Positions 8,925-18,738 of a DNA stretch of 64,000 bases are shown here, one piece after another. The notes beneath the pieces were generated by a model that did no database searches, was not told the origin of the DNA, and was given only the letters and a program-made list of their open reading frames with translations. Location: the IMG/VR virus record IMGVR_UViG_3300009180_000039, positions 6,243-70,242 of that record. One strand, written 5' to 3'. The stretch comes from a virus. A program made the translations under genes and the position numbers. Position 1 is the stretch's first letter. Each line of letters begins with the position of its first letter.

Positions 8925-9162
8925 GCATTTCGGCATTGAACTCGGCCCAAAGTGCTCGAATATGGTGTAAGTACATGCGGTCGTCGGCCTGAAACCATTT
9001 TTTAGTGCCACTCAGTCGCACAAAGTAGTATGGTTTACCATTTGTATGCTGTCCGGTAGTAATATCTGGGTGATGGTACTGCGTTACGCAAACCTCCAAC
9101 AAGGGGCCGGTGTAACCGGCCTGTGGATCGTTGCCGTCTTTGTCGTAGATGTAGTAGCTCAC
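8890..9162 (-). CDS. Hypothetical protein (inverted insert between terL and portal)
   Basis: 90-aa ORF coupled (GTGA) to the upstream minus-strand ORF. Confidence 0.6.
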   Translation of the reverse strand: MSYYIYDKDGNDPQAGYTGPLLEVCVTQYHHPDITTGQHTNGKPYYFVRLSGTKKWFQADDRMYLHHIRALWAEFNAEMLTLLRPVESSA

Positions 9163-9347
9163 TGTACTGGAATCCCAGACTCAACGTGCATCTTTATCAT
9201 ACGCAAGACGAACATGAGCAAGTAGAAGTAGAAGAACGGTGCCAATAGCACCGCCATACCATAGGCAAACACCTTGAACAAGGTGCCAAACACTATTTCG
9301 GTTATCGCTGCGTCTGCGGGGGTCATCCCCCATTTGTTCTTTCTCAT
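9159..9347 (-). CDS. Small membrane protein (inverted insert)
   Basis: Hydrophobic segment; AAGGAG RBS and TATAAT upstream on minus strand. Confidence 0.65.
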   Translation of the reverse strand: MRKNKWGMTPADAAITEIVFGTLFKVFAYGMAVLLAPFFYFYLLMFVLRMIKMHVESGIPVQ

Positions 9348-9447
9348 AGTAGTCTCCTTGCGTCCATTATACACCCATATTTCAGCATCATCCCAAGAAC
9401 TCTGCTAGAATTGCCCCTATCAGTTTCTCTAATGGGGTAATATCGGT

Positions 9448-10977
9448 ATGGGCCTTGACGGTTTAGAAACACAACTAAAGTTCATCAATAACGTCTATGA
9501 TCGAGTCCTTTCAGGGCTTCCGGTCCTAGATGGACCGAACGAAGACCGGGACATTGATCGTCAGTGCGGGTATCCCGACACGATCACGATGACCGACTAC
9601 CTCTATATGTACCGCCGAAACGAGATCGGTAACCGAGTAGTCAACCTGGAGCCCGATGAGTGCTGGAAAGAGTTTCCCTTGGTCTATGAGACCGAGGAAG
9701 AAAGAGAAACTGAGTTCGAAAAGGCGGTAGACCGCCTCGAAAAGAAGTCGAACCTCTATTCATACTTGCACCGACTGGACCGCATTAGCGGTATCGGCAG
9801 CTTCGGTGTTATGTTTCTAGGCTTTGATGACGGACTAGAGTTTGACCAACCGGCTCCCGGTTACGATGAAAACGGTCCTACCGAAACTCGTGGAACAGCA
9901 AAGGTACTGTACTACCGTGTATTCAGCGAAGCATCTGCGACAGTTTCCGAGTACGAGTCAGACCGCCGTAGCCCGCGTAACGGGCAGCCGAAATACTACA
10001 ATCTCACGTTTCAAGAGTATCCCTCGGGCGAGACAACGACCGCCCAATCTACGCTCGCATCGGACCATAGGGTCCATTGGACGCGGGTAGTTCACGTTGC
10101 GGACAACCGAATGGAGTCCGATTTCTTCGGCTTGCCGAGGCTAGAAGCGGTTTTCAACCGCCTATTGGACCTCCGTAAGGTGGTCGGCGGCTCGGGTGAG
10201 ATGTACTGGAAGGGTGCTTTCCCTGGACTTTCCTTCGAGGTGGACCCGAAAGCGGGTGAATTCTCGGACGAAGACAAGGCTACCTTACGCGAAGACGTTA
10301 AGGCATACGCCGAGGGTCTCCAGCGGTATATTACGATGGTTGGCGTCAAAGTTAACTCCATTGTCCCACAGGTCGTGGACCCGACCAACCACACTAAGAA
10401 CATTCTGATGCTCATGGCAATGAATCGGGGAATCCCGATGCAGACGTTCATGGGCTCACAGCAAGGACAGCTAGACAGTCCACAAGACACTATTCTTTGG
10501 AGAGAGCGAATCGCTCTACGCAAAGAACGGCATGTTAGCCCGAACATCATCCGTCCGACCATTGACCGCCTTATCCAGACGGGATGCTTACCGGCTCCGG
10601 TCCCACAGGAAGACCAACCCCTGCCTTATGTGGTTCGATGGCTCCCAATGGCACCACTGTCCATCATCGAGCAAGCCAAGGTAGCCAAAGACTTGGCGGA
10701 AGCCCTCTCTCGCTACGCGACAGCAGGGGCAGAAGCCCTGATGCCTTTCCCTGAATTTCTTGGCAAAGTCATGGGATACAGTGCACAACAGGTTCAGGCA
10801 ATCATGGCTGCGGACAAGACCGAGCTATCGGTCGTGTTGCAGCAATTGAAGATGGGAGCAGAGGCCGGTTCCACCGGCACTACAGGCGGGAATATCCCGA
10901 CCTCGGTGCCCAATATGCAAAAGAAGAAAGATCCGTCCAAGACCCCCGCAAACACAGTCCAACCCAAGAGGAAATAG
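9448..10977 (+). CDS. Portal protein (DUF1073-like)
   Basis: Follows terL; 509 aa; YRRN..RVV, VHWTRVVH, FG.P.LE.V.N.L.DL.KV.GGSGE motifs. Confidence 0.9.
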   Translation: MGLDGLETQLKFINNVYDRVLSGLPVLDGPNEDRDIDRQCGYPDTITMTDYLYMYRRNEIGNRVVNLEPDECWKEFPLVYETEEERETEFEKAVDRLEKKSNLYSYLHRLDRISGIGSFGVMFLGFDDGLEFDQPAPGYDENGPTETRGTAKVLYYRVFSEASATVSEYESDRRSPRNGQPKYYNLTFQEYPSGETTTAQSTLASDHRVHWTRVVHVADNRMESDFFGLPRLEAVFNRLLDLRKVVGGSGEMYWKGAFPGLSFEVDPKAGEFSDEDKATLREDVKAYAEGLQRYITMVGVKVNSIVPQVVDPTNHTKNILMLMAMNRGIPMQTFMGSQQGQLDSPQDTILWRERIALRKERHVSPNIIRPTIDRLIQTGCLPAPVPQEDQPLPYVVRWLPMAPLSIIEQAKVAKDLAEALSRYATAGAEALMPFPEFLGKVMGYSAQQVQAIMAADKTELSVVLQQLKMGAEAGSTGTTGGNIPTSVPNMQKKKDPSKTPANTVQPKRK

Positions 10978-11295
10978 ATGAACAACTTCAACCCCCTAGC
11001 CGCTAGGCTGCTTTCAGCAGCATTGCGACAAGAAGACCTGGAAACTGCGATGCAGTTTGCCTTGGACCTGACCGACAGCGACCTTTTGGTCCAGACTCGC
11101 ATGGAACCAGCAAAAGAGTACACAACTACAGAACTAGCCGACCTTATCGATTCGACACTACCCCTCATTGAACGGGGCGATGTCAACTTGTCTTACGGAG
11201 TCTACATCCCCACCATCCTTGGTGCTGTATGTAGCTGGCTCACACCCACAGAAACAGGAGAAGATGATGGAAAAACTGATAGCCAACCTAGCTAG
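10978..11295 (+). CDS. Hypothetical head-module protein
   Basis: 105-aa ORF abutting the portal stop. Confidence 0.55.
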   Translation: MNNFNPLAARLLSAALRQEDLETAMQFALDLTDSDLLVQTRMEPAKEYTTTELADLIDSTLPLIERGDVNLSYGVYIPTILGAVCSWLTPTETGEDDGKTDSQPS

Positions 11296-12664
11296 TTCTA
11301 AGGTACGGACTGAGACCCTCAAGGGTAAGAGCTACCTAGTAGCCCCAGTTTCTATGATCCTGGAGGGTGTATGGCAAGGTATGGGCGGTCAAGCAATTCT
11401 CTACACAGAGAAAGAGATCGAGAAATCGATCCCTGCTTGGAACCACAAGCCTATTACTGTCGAGCACCCGACCAATAGCAAAGGCGAGCTAGTCTCTGGT
11501 GCTCTCACAGAGAGCCTTGAGAAGTTCTCGCTGGGTATTGTGCTAAATGCCAAGTTTAACAAGAGAACTAAGAAGCTACAGGCTGAAGCGTGGTTCGAGG
11601 TAGACCGCTTTACACAAGTAGAAGGCGGGGACCGCATCCATGCTGCTCTCTTAGCTAACCAAAAGCTTGAGGTAAGCACTGGATTGTTTGTCGATGCTTC
11701 TATGGTAGCAGGATCGTACAACAACAAAGAGTACACCATGACGGCAAGCAATTTCCGTCCAGACCACTTGGCAATCATATTGTCCGGTGAGGGTGCTTGC
11801 TCCCTGAAAGATGGTGCCGGATTACTCGTAAACAAAGCTGAAATGGATATTGAGAATATGTCAGAAGATATTGATAAGTCCCGACCTGAGCAGTTCCCGC
11901 TCCTCGTCGGTAATGCACAGGAACTCACAGCTTTGTTAGACAAGGTACGCACCGCAGTCTATGAAGCCTATGAAGTGTACAGGGAAAATGAGCCTTCTAC
12001 CTATGTGTACGTCGAGGCGGTTTACCCCTCCTACTGCGTCTTCTGCGTCCAAACAGGCGGCGAAACCGCCCACTACAAGCAAAATTATGCAATGGAAAAT
12101 GATTCTGTTACATTATTAGGAGAACTGATGCCAGTTACTCGCAAGGTAACGTACCAAGTACAGAACACGAAAGAGAACATGGAAAGAAAAGACCTAATTG
12201 CAAAGCTAGGCCAAGAACACTCCGAGTTCGTTGCCAACATGAGTGACGAGCAGTTCAAGGCTTTTGAGAAGGCTTTACAGCCAACTCCTGTTGCACCAGT
12301 CGCCCCGGCGACCCAAGCAGAGAAAATTGTATGTAACTCGGTTGACGAGCTACTATCTTACGCCGCTGAAGGCGTCAAGAACCAAATCAAAGACGCTGTT
12401 GACATTGCAGTCAAGACCCGCGAAAGCCTGATCGAACAGATCGTTGCCAACGGCAAGGATTCGTTCACCAAGGACGAACTCGCAACTCAGCCTACTTCTT
12501 GGTTGACCAAGATGGCCGCTGTCTTCGCAAGTCAAGCTACGCCCAAGGCCCCAACGAATCCTGTGTATGCAGGTGAGGCATTTGTCGGCAACCAAGGCAA
12601 GGTCGATACCTCCAAGGTTCTTCCCCCTCTCCCAATCCCTACTTTTTCTGTTGAGGCCAACTAA
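11264..12664 (+). CDS. Prohead protease/scaffold (DUF2213-like)
   Basis: PIT..HP, EVSTG, PDHLAI..GEGACS..DG.G motifs; start moved to MMEKL (AGGAG RBS). Confidence 0.88.
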   Translation: MMEKLIANLASSKVRTETLKGKSYLVAPVSMILEGVWQGMGGQAILYTEKEIEKSIPAWNHKPITVEHPTNSKGELVSGALTESLEKFSLGIVLNAKFNKRTKKLQAEAWFEVDRFTQVEGGDRIHAALLANQKLEVSTGLFVDASMVAGSYNNKEYTMTASNFRPDHLAIILSGEGACSLKDGAGLLVNKAEMDIENMSEDIDKSRPEQFPLLVGNAQELTALLDKVRTAVYEAYEVYRENEPSTYVYVEAVYPSYCVFCVQTGGETAHYKQNYAMENDSVTLLGELMPVTRKVTYQVQNTKENMERKDLIAKLGQEHSEFVANMSDEQFKAFEKALQPTPVAPVAPATQAEKIVCNSVDELLSYAAEGVKNQIKDAVDIAVKTRESLIEQIVANGKDSFTKDELATQPTSWLTKMAAVFASQATPKAPTNPVYAGEAFVGNQGKVDTSKVLPPLPIPTFSVEAN

Positions 12665-12666
12665 GC

Positions 12667-13113
12667 ATGACAACTGCTCTAGCAAATACGATTATTAAAG
12701 ACGGTCACGTCGGCGTCCAGATGGAGCGAGCAACAGCATCTGCTTCCACCATTAAGCCCGGACACTTTGTTACTGTCAACTCGTCCAATGCGTTTGCTGT
12801 AGTCGGCACCCAAGGTGTCGACGTAGCAACGCTCCTGGTCTTGGAAGACAAGCACCGAGGCAGTGGAAGTGTGGGTGGTACAGACCAAGTTTATGCCGTA
12901 GGTGACATGGCTGTTGCCGAGTTTCCTCCTGCCGGTTCCCTGCGATACGCTCGCGTGCCTAGCGGAACGGTAACCGTTCTTGGTTCCCAGTTGATCTTCA
13001 ACAACGCGGGACAACTGATTGTTACAACGGGGTCTCCCCTCAAAGTCGTCGCATTCGCTGAAGAAGCTCTGACCGCTTCGGGCGAGCAACTTATCCTTGT
13101 CCGAATCGCTTAA
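12667..13113 (+). CDS. Head decoration/cement protein
   Basis: 148 aa, beta-rich, I.PG motif, between protease and capsid genes. Confidence 0.75.
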   Translation: MTTALANTIIKDGHVGVQMERATASASTIKPGHFVTVNSSNAFAVVGTQGVDVATLLVLEDKHRGSGSVGGTDQVYAVGDMAVAEFPPAGSLRYARVPSGTVTVLGSQLIFNNAGQLIVTTGSPLKVVAFAEEALTASGEQLILVRIA

Positions 13114-13135
13114 TCCACAGGAAAAACGAAGTATT

Positions 13136-14248
13136 ATGAGTGATGTCCAAGTAGATTACATGCAGCACACCGGGAACGGCTTCGAGACAAGCGGTTCGGT
13201 TGCAGCAGTCATGGCCAATCCAAATGCGGATTACATGACCAAACGACCTTTCATCCATGACGACGGACGTTCCTACGTTCCCGTATGGAATGGAAAGTAC
13301 GATGCGAACGGGAACCGTGAATACACGGTCCAAGTTAGCAATGCTGGAGCAGTCCTCCGCAAGAATGAATGGGAATTTTTGGATCGCCGATTGGTTGAGA
13401 TTGCCAAGCCTCGCTTGCAACTCATCAACTCGATGCGTGCTGCTGGTTTGGTTGTGAACTTCCCAGAAGCTTACAGCCACTCGCTCTATCAGTACGAACG
13501 AGTTAGCGACATCGACGGAGCATCCGTCAGCATGTCGCCAAAGACCAAGGGAACCAATGACCGTAGCACGGTCGATTTGGTTAGCGTTCCATTGCCAATC
13601 ATCCACAAAGAGTTCTACCTCGAAGCTCGGGAAATCGCCATCGCCCGTAAGACGGGCCAACGGCTTCCAGTTCACTTGCTCGACCTTGCAGGTCGCCGAG
13701 TAGCTGAAACCGCTGAGCAAATGGCTCTCGGAACTTGGGGTACTTACACTTACGGTGGAGCAACCCTCTACGGTTTGACGAACTTCCCCAGTCGAAACAC
13801 CGGAGCGTTCTTGAACCCAACAGTTTCGGGATGGACTCCTGACATGCTGTACAACAGCGTGCTCACCATGATTAAGGCAGCCCAAGATGACAGCCAGTTT
13901 GGTCCTTACGACTTGTACCACAGCACTGGCATGATGGTTCCAATGAACCGGATTTTCAGCCAGAACTATGCTGGTGGCTCCGTAATGGAAAAACTACGTC
14001 AGATCAGCTTGATCTCCAACATACAACAACTTGATTACCTTAGCGGTAACCAACTGTTGCTCGTACAACGAGATCAGATGACTGCTTCCTTGCTCATGGG
14101 CATGGACATGCGAGTCGTTCAGTGGAACACTGACGGTGGTGAGTCTGTTCACTTCCGCGTTATGATGATGATGACCCCGATCTTCCGCTCCGATCAAAGC
14201 GGCCAAAGCGGTATCGTTCACTTCACCGGCAACGCGACAACTGTTTAG
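13136..14248 (+). CDS. Major capsid protein (HK97 fold, encapsulin/Linocin-like branch)
   Basis: LRK.EW..LD, P.PIIHK.F...RE, A.R.VAE..E, YGLTNFP.RN, GPY.LY motifs; gene position. Confidence 0.9.
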   Translation: MSDVQVDYMQHTGNGFETSGSVAAVMANPNADYMTKRPFIHDDGRSYVPVWNGKYDANGNREYTVQVSNAGAVLRKNEWEFLDRRLVEIAKPRLQLINSMRAAGLVVNFPEAYSHSLYQYERVSDIDGASVSMSPKTKGTNDRSTVDLVSVPLPIIHKEFYLEAREIAIARKTGQRLPVHLLDLAGRRVAETAEQMALGTWGTYTYGGATLYGLTNFPSRNTGAFLNPTVSGWTPDMLYNSVLTMIKAAQDDSQFGPYDLYHSTGMMVPMNRIFSQNYAGGSVMEKLRQISLISNIQQLDYLSGNQLLLVQRDQMTASLLMGMDMRVVQWNTDGGESVHFRVMMMMTPIFRSDQSGQSGIVHFTGNATTV

Positions 14249-14285
14249 TAGAATCGGCCTTGCCGATTAACTGATCCTCTCCGCC

Positions 14286-14325
14286 ATACCGCCCATCTCG
14301 ATTCACCCCGAGATGGGCGGTATTT
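14286..14325 (+). terminator. Intrinsic terminator after capsid gene
   Basis: 15-bp stem ATACCGCCCATCTCG/CGAGATGGGCGGTAT followed by a short T run. Confidence 0.7.
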
Positions 14326-14354
14326 CCTTGACACGGGTGCAATGTGAAAAGATT

Positions 14355-14597
14355 ATGGCAAAAACTGAAAAATCTGCTGAAGATACCACCGTTTCCACAG
14401 CTACAGAAGCAAAAGATCCCGTTGTATCCACCACCGAAGCCAAAGCCACAGCGAAGAAGAAACACACGTTTCGTCTCCTTGCTGGCAAGCATTCGGTCTC
14501 TGATGAAGTCCGCCTAGTAAAGGGCGATTTGGTCGAATCGGATGACGACCTAGTTACACTACACGGAAAAGAAAAGTTTGAATACGTGGTGAAATAA
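14355..14597 (+). CDS. Small post-capsid hypothetical protein
   Basis: Low-complexity N-terminus plus KGD.VES..DL...KF domain; start moved to MAKTEK. Confidence 0.7.
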   Translation: MAKTEKSAEDTTVSTATEAKDPVVSTTEAKATAKKKHTFRLLAGKHSVSDEVRLVKGDLVESDDDLVTLHGKEKFEYVVK

Positions 14598-14599
14598 CT

Positions 14600-14881
14600 A
14601 TGTTCGGACGTAAGAAGCGTTTAAGCCAGCCCCACAAGAGGCTGGCAGTCCAAGTAGCAAGAGACAAGTTCTCCCAAGCGCAGGGCAACAAAGTGGAGTT
14701 CGAGCGGCTTGTCCGGGAAGACTCAAGGGTCAAGATGATTGACCCCGCGTTGATTGCCTTGTTTATTCAAGTAGCGATGGCAATTTTCTCCTACTTCAAA
14801 AATAGACAGGCATCGAACCTGTCTACCACGTCGGAATCCGACGATGACATTTACTTAGGTTCTATTCGGTTCGAGGAATAA
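14600..14881 (+). CDS. Hypothetical protein with a hydrophobic helix
   Basis: IDPALIALFIQVAMAIF segment. Confidence 0.7.
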   Translation: MFGRKKRLSQPHKRLAVQVARDKFSQAQGNKVEFERLVREDSRVKMIDPALIALFIQVAMAIFSYFKNRQASNLSTTSESDDDIYLGSIRFEE

Positions 14882-14882
14882 C

Positions 14883-15209
14883 ATGGACATCCAATCAATC
14901 ATCGGTGTAATCGGAGCTATCGTCGCTGGTTCCGGTGGCGTATGGGCTATCTGGCGAGCAATCAAGGGATATCTACCCGCCAACCAAAGCCGAGATGCGG
15001 TAATTGAGGAAGTGCTAAAGCAACTTCACAACCATAGCATGAAGGGCCAAGAGGCTGCACCCTCGGTTCCCGACCGTGCAACGGCCCTACAGTACGTCGA
15101 AGCGGTTCTACGCTTCATGGAGTCGCAGGGCTCCAAGGAAGGCGTTGACGCCTTGATTAAGGTAATGGCAGAGATCGCAAAGCCTACCGTTACTGTACCC
15201 AAGGAATAA
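14883..15209 (+). CDS. Membrane-anchored hypothetical protein
   Basis: N-terminal transmembrane-like segment. Confidence 0.7.
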   Translation: MDIQSIIGVIGAIVAGSGGVWAIWRAIKGYLPANQSRDAVIEEVLKQLHNHSMKGQEAAPSVPDRATALQYVEAVLRFMESQGSKEGVDALIKVMAEIAKPTVTVPKE

Positions 15210-15213
15210 TTTC

Positions 15214-15597
15214 GTGGGCAACAAGACCGCTCCAATACTGGCTATGATAGTCGGCGGGGGCTTAATCGCCCTTGCGTCTTTCATGCCGCAAGCAACCAGC
15301 AACACAGTCGCTAAGGATGACTTAGCCGGAACTGTGTTGCTTTGCGTCCATGAGAAGCAACGCCCTACAGTCGATGAGACTATCGCTATCCGGGAAGCCC
15401 CAGAGTTCGTGAAAGCCAACGGCTTTATCGGCTTCAGGGTACTCGACGTTGATGACGTTGACTCTGTAGTAGCAGCCGCACAAAAAGCTAAGGTCGAGCC
15501 ACCCTTTCTTGCCGCAGGTAAGGTGGTGAATGACCAAGTAGTAGAACTCGTCAAGGTAGTGCCTTGGGTCAATGACATGGAGGACATCCTTAAATGA
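15214..15597 (+). CDS. Membrane-anchored/exported hypothetical protein
   Basis: N-terminal hydrophobic anchor and an alpha/beta domain. Confidence 0.7.
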   Translation: MGNKTAPILAMIVGGGLIALASFMPQATSNTVAKDDLAGTVLLCVHEKQRPTVDETIAIREAPEFVKANGFIGFRVLDVDDVDSVVAAAQKAKVEPPFLAAGKVVNDQVVELVKVVPWVNDMEDILK

Positions 15598-16499
15598 GTG
15601 AAACAGAAGTCTTAACCCTGCTAGACGGTGAGCAAGTAGGTACAGGTCTATTACTACCTACCGAAAAGGATCTCAAGGATGCCCTACGCTTTAACGTCTA
15701 CGCCGATGACCAATTCCTAGAAGCATCGGACATCGAGAAGTCGCTGAAGAACGACAAGTACAAGACCTTCCGGCGTCTCCGTTCTAAGCGAATCATCAAT
15801 CAGGGATCAATTGGAAAATGTAATAGTAGCGCAATCGTAGCCGCATTCCACAATCGTCGAGAACTCGACGGCATGACTGATGTAGCCCTTGCTGATAGCC
15901 ACCTGTACATGAATATCAACGGGGGCAGCGATAGAGGCTCCCAGCTTGTGCATGGTATGGAATACAGCACACTTAACGGAGTTGCCCCCGTCCTGCTCGA
16001 TGTCAACGGAGAACAGCAAAAGTTCCCACTAGCGGCGTATAACCGCCGACAGGTAAGCCAAGCCCTACTTCGTGCTGCGGATACCGCAGCCAAGACCTAT
16101 CAGACATTCGAAGCGTATCGCGTCCCCGTGACCGATTACAACACGTTCAAGACAGCTATTGCCTCCGCTATTGCCAGGGACCACCAAATCGTCATAGCCC
16201 TGCACGCAGGGCGTTCGTTCATGTCCCTAAACAAAGGGTACATCCAACAGTCCCGAGGTCCAGGCAACCATGCCTTGATCGTCCACAGCGGTAAATGGGT
16301 AGGAGGTGAGGATCTAGTCCACCCTGACATTCAAAACTCTTGGGGTCCAACCAAGAATCCTCTCCTAGGCCGCGTAGGCGGCTCGGGATGGGGCGAAGAC
16401 GGTTTTGGTCTAATCACGATGAGCAGCCTGTGGCAATGTGCACGTTCCCACGTTTTCTGGGTTTTCCCAGGATCTAAAGCTAATAAAGGTGCTCTATGA
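15594..16499 (+). CDS. Papain-like (C1A) cysteine peptidase
   Basis: NQGSIGKC (Q oxyanion, C nucleophile), NHA (His), QNSWG (Asn), WGEDGFG. Confidence 0.9.
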   Translation: MSETEVLTLLDGEQVGTGLLLPTEKDLKDALRFNVYADDQFLEASDIEKSLKNDKYKTFRRLRSKRIINQGSIGKCNSSAIVAAFHNRRELDGMTDVALADSHLYMNINGGSDRGSQLVHGMEYSTLNGVAPVLLDVNGEQQKFPLAAYNRRQVSQALLRAADTAAKTYQTFEAYRVPVTDYNTFKTAIASAIARDHQIVIALHAGRSFMSLNKGYIQQSRGPGNHALIVHSGKWVGGEDLVHPDIQNSWGPTKNPLLGRVGGSGWGEDGFGLITMSSLWQCARSHVFWVFPGSKANKGAL

Positions 16500-16927
16500 G
16501 AATACTATTACTTTGCCTAATGCTGTGCAGCTACGGTTGCAAAGACTTTATGCCAGTCCCAGTGACCCCTGATCGGAAACCGATCCCAGTCAATCCGCCA
16601 TTGGACCTAACCACTAAGCCACAACAGGCTCCGGCAGCTACCCCCGAAGTGACCCCTGAAGTCGCCCAGGAAGTTACCCAGGAAGTCAAGCCGCAGGCGG
16701 CTCCTATGCTCCGTAACACAGTAATTCAGTACACCATCGAATCTTGCTCTTGGTGCAAGTATGACCAAAAGCAAGTATTCCCTAGATGGGCAGCCAAAGG
16801 CTGGAAAATCCTTGATCCAGTAGATGAAACGGCTACTGCACGAGGCGTCTATCCTCGCTACGACATCTACGATGCAAACGGCAATAAGAAAACCCACAAA
16901 GGCTCTTTGATTAGCTACAAACCATAA
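16496..16927 (+). CDS. Lipoprotein with thioredoxin/glutaredoxin-like CxxC domain
   Basis: Lipobox-like signal ending in YGC, Pro-rich linker, CSWC and YP motif. Confidence 0.75.
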   Translation: MRILLLCLMLCSYGCKDFMPVPVTPDRKPIPVNPPLDLTTKPQQAPAATPEVTPEVAQEVTQEVKPQAAPMLRNTVIQYTIESCSWCKYDQKQVFPRWAAKGWKILDPVDETATARGVYPRYDIYDANGNKKTHKGSLISYKP

Positions 16928-17310
16928 TGGCAGTAACAGAAGACCAAGTAACTAGAATCATTTTGTTCGATACGGCTCGAATCCCAGAGGTTCAGCCGTT
17001 TATCGACGATGCCGTAATCATGCTCACCAATATCATTGGCACAGCATTAGATACAGCTACCTTTGATCTTGTTACCCGGTACATGGCAGCCCACCTAATC
17101 GCTATTAGCGACCCTCGGGTAAACATGGAAAAGGTCAAGAGCCTACAAGTGCGATATGACACAAAGCTAGATAAAGGCTTAGGGATCACACACTTTGGCA
17201 CAATGGCTATGATGTTGGATTCCAGCGGAAAACTCTCGCAGTGGAACACGCAAGTAGTTTCAGGTGAAGGGCTCAAGCAGTTTTTCTGGGCAGGAGAACC
17301 TGTAGTCTAA
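16927..17310 (+). CDS. Head-tail adaptor protein
   Basis: FI.DA...Y.AAHL...T.FG..A..LD.SG.L pattern; gene position. Confidence 0.75.
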   Translation: MAVTEDQVTRIILFDTARIPEVQPFIDDAVIMLTNIIGTALDTATFDLVTRYMAAHLIAISDPRVNMEKVKSLQVRYDTKLDKGLGITHFGTMAMMLDSSGKLSQWNTQVVSGEGLKQFFWAGEPVV

Positions 17311-17657
17311 TGCAGATTATCAAGACAGTACAGAAAGACGATCTCATCTACTGGGCATACTCTGGGGCCGATAAATACGGTCAACCGACCTATGCTACAC
17401 CAGTACAGATGAAATGTCGCTGGGACGACTGCCGTAAGCAGATATTCACCGATGACGGGTCACCCGTCTTTACGAAGATTGAGTTAATAACGGCGTCGGT
17501 ATTAACCTTAAAGGGAGTAGTGAAAAAAGGTAAGATCACAGCGGGTATAGACCAAGCAAACCCCCATGCTAACTCAGACGTACATGAGATCATGGAAACG
17601 GCGATTACGCCGATGCTAAAAACACGTAACGTCTACTTATACGAGGCATGGGCATAA
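17310..17657 (+). CDS. Head closure (stopper) protein
   Basis: D.YG.P.Y..P....CRW motif; gene position. Confidence 0.75.
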   Translation: MQIIKTVQKDDLIYWAYSGADKYGQPTYATPVQMKCRWDDCRKQIFTDDGSPVFTKIELITASVLTLKGVVKKGKITAGIDQANPHANSDVHEIMETAITPMLKTRNVYLYEAWA

Positions 17658-17926
17658 TGTCAGAATCCACAATGCAGTTCCTTCTCAATAACGGCGTAGC
17701 CGTTCTAACACTTGTGGCCGTAGGATACGGCGTATATCTACTTGCCCGAGTGTTAATCCAAGGCATGGATAAGATGTTCACCCACGTCATAGTTCCAGTC
17801 AAAGAGGCTGCGTTGAAGCACTTGGCAGATGTTGAAGAATATCTGAAAAAGACCACTTCTGCAATCAATTCGCTTCAGGGCACCCTAGAGAAAATTGACC
17901 GGAAACTTCCGGACGATCACCGATGA
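17657..17926 (+). CDS. Holin-like single-TM + coiled-coil protein
   Basis: NGVAVLTLVAVGYGVYLL TM segment followed by a coiled coil. Confidence 0.5.
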   Translation: MSESTMQFLLNNGVAVLTLVAVGYGVYLLARVLIQGMDKMFTHVIVPVKEAALKHLADVEEYLKKTTSAINSLQGTLEKIDRKLPDDHR

Positions 17927-18309
17927 AATTCAAGTTAGAGGGTGCTAAGCAACTAGAGAAAGCCCTTCTGAAGTACCACAAGGACCAGGGCAAGGCTTTT
18001 GCGTCGGTTTTACCGACCATCGCCCGAGACATCCTAGCCGAAGCGGTGCCGATGGCACCCATAGACACCGGAGCCTTGAGGGCCTCGGGGGACTACTTTG
18101 TCGAGGGCACTGGATGGAACGCGGTAGCGGTCGTAGGGTTCGGGTTCCCCGTCTCTGGATTCTTCAAGGGAAACCGAGAGCGGATTCCCGCTGAATATGC
18201 TGTCTATCAGCACGACGACCCCTACCAGAACAAATACCTGGAGTATGCGGTGGATAATCGCATCGATGATGCCTCAGACCTATTCTGGCAGGAGCTAGCA
18301 TACGCATGA
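17923..18309 (+). CDS. Neck/tail completion protein (HK97 gp10-like)
   Basis: APIDTGALRAS, YAVYQH, KYLE motifs. Confidence 0.85.
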   Translation: MKFKLEGAKQLEKALLKYHKDQGKAFASVLPTIARDILAEAVPMAPIDTGALRASGDYFVEGTGWNAVAVVGFGFPVSGFFKGNRERIPAEYAVYQHDDPYQNKYLEYAVDNRIDDASDLFWQELAYA

Positions 18310-18737
18310 CCACTACCACTACCACTACCACGACGCCCGCTCCGGTACGGAGCACTGCCGACCTAATGTACAGTGTAATCCTAACCAAGGCCACTGCCTT
18401 GGGATTCAGTGTATTTGTCAACCACATGCAAGACCAGCCTGACAAGGCTATTCTTGTCCGAGACGTAAAAGGCAAGCTTGATGACCGCGAAATGCGGGGC
18501 GAGCATTACGGGCACGATGGGGTAGAAATCCAAGTCCGAGCCCCCTCCCACCTAGAAGCCTCGAACGTGCTTCCTGTGCTATGGGAAGATGTCTTAAAAC
18601 GAGTCAACGGCACCTCGGTAGCAGGCAAAATTGTGCAATGTATCACAAAAGCTAATACAATGGGGTGCATGGGCCAAGAACCACAGACCCGCCGCTGGCG
18701 GTTTATTCAGACTTTCCTAGTAACGGTGATAAATTAG
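18306..18737 (+). CDS. Tail terminator protein with N-terminal poly-Thr tag
   Basis: QPD.AI...G, V.IQVR, R.RF motifs; begins MTTTTTTTTTPAP. Confidence 0.75.
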   Translation: MTTTTTTTTTPAPVRSTADLMYSVILTKATALGFSVFVNHMQDQPDKAILVRDVKGKLDDREMRGEHYGHDGVEIQVRAPSHLEASNVLPVLWEDVLKRVNGTSVAGKIVQCITKANTMGCMGQEPQTRRWRFIQTFLVTVIN

Positions 18738-18738
18738 C

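Noticed and set aside
13136-14248. Encapsulin/bacteriocin (Linocin M18) nanocompartment
   Set aside because: The resemblance reflects the shared HK97 fold; the context (portal, protease, neck, tail) identifies it as the phage capsid protein.
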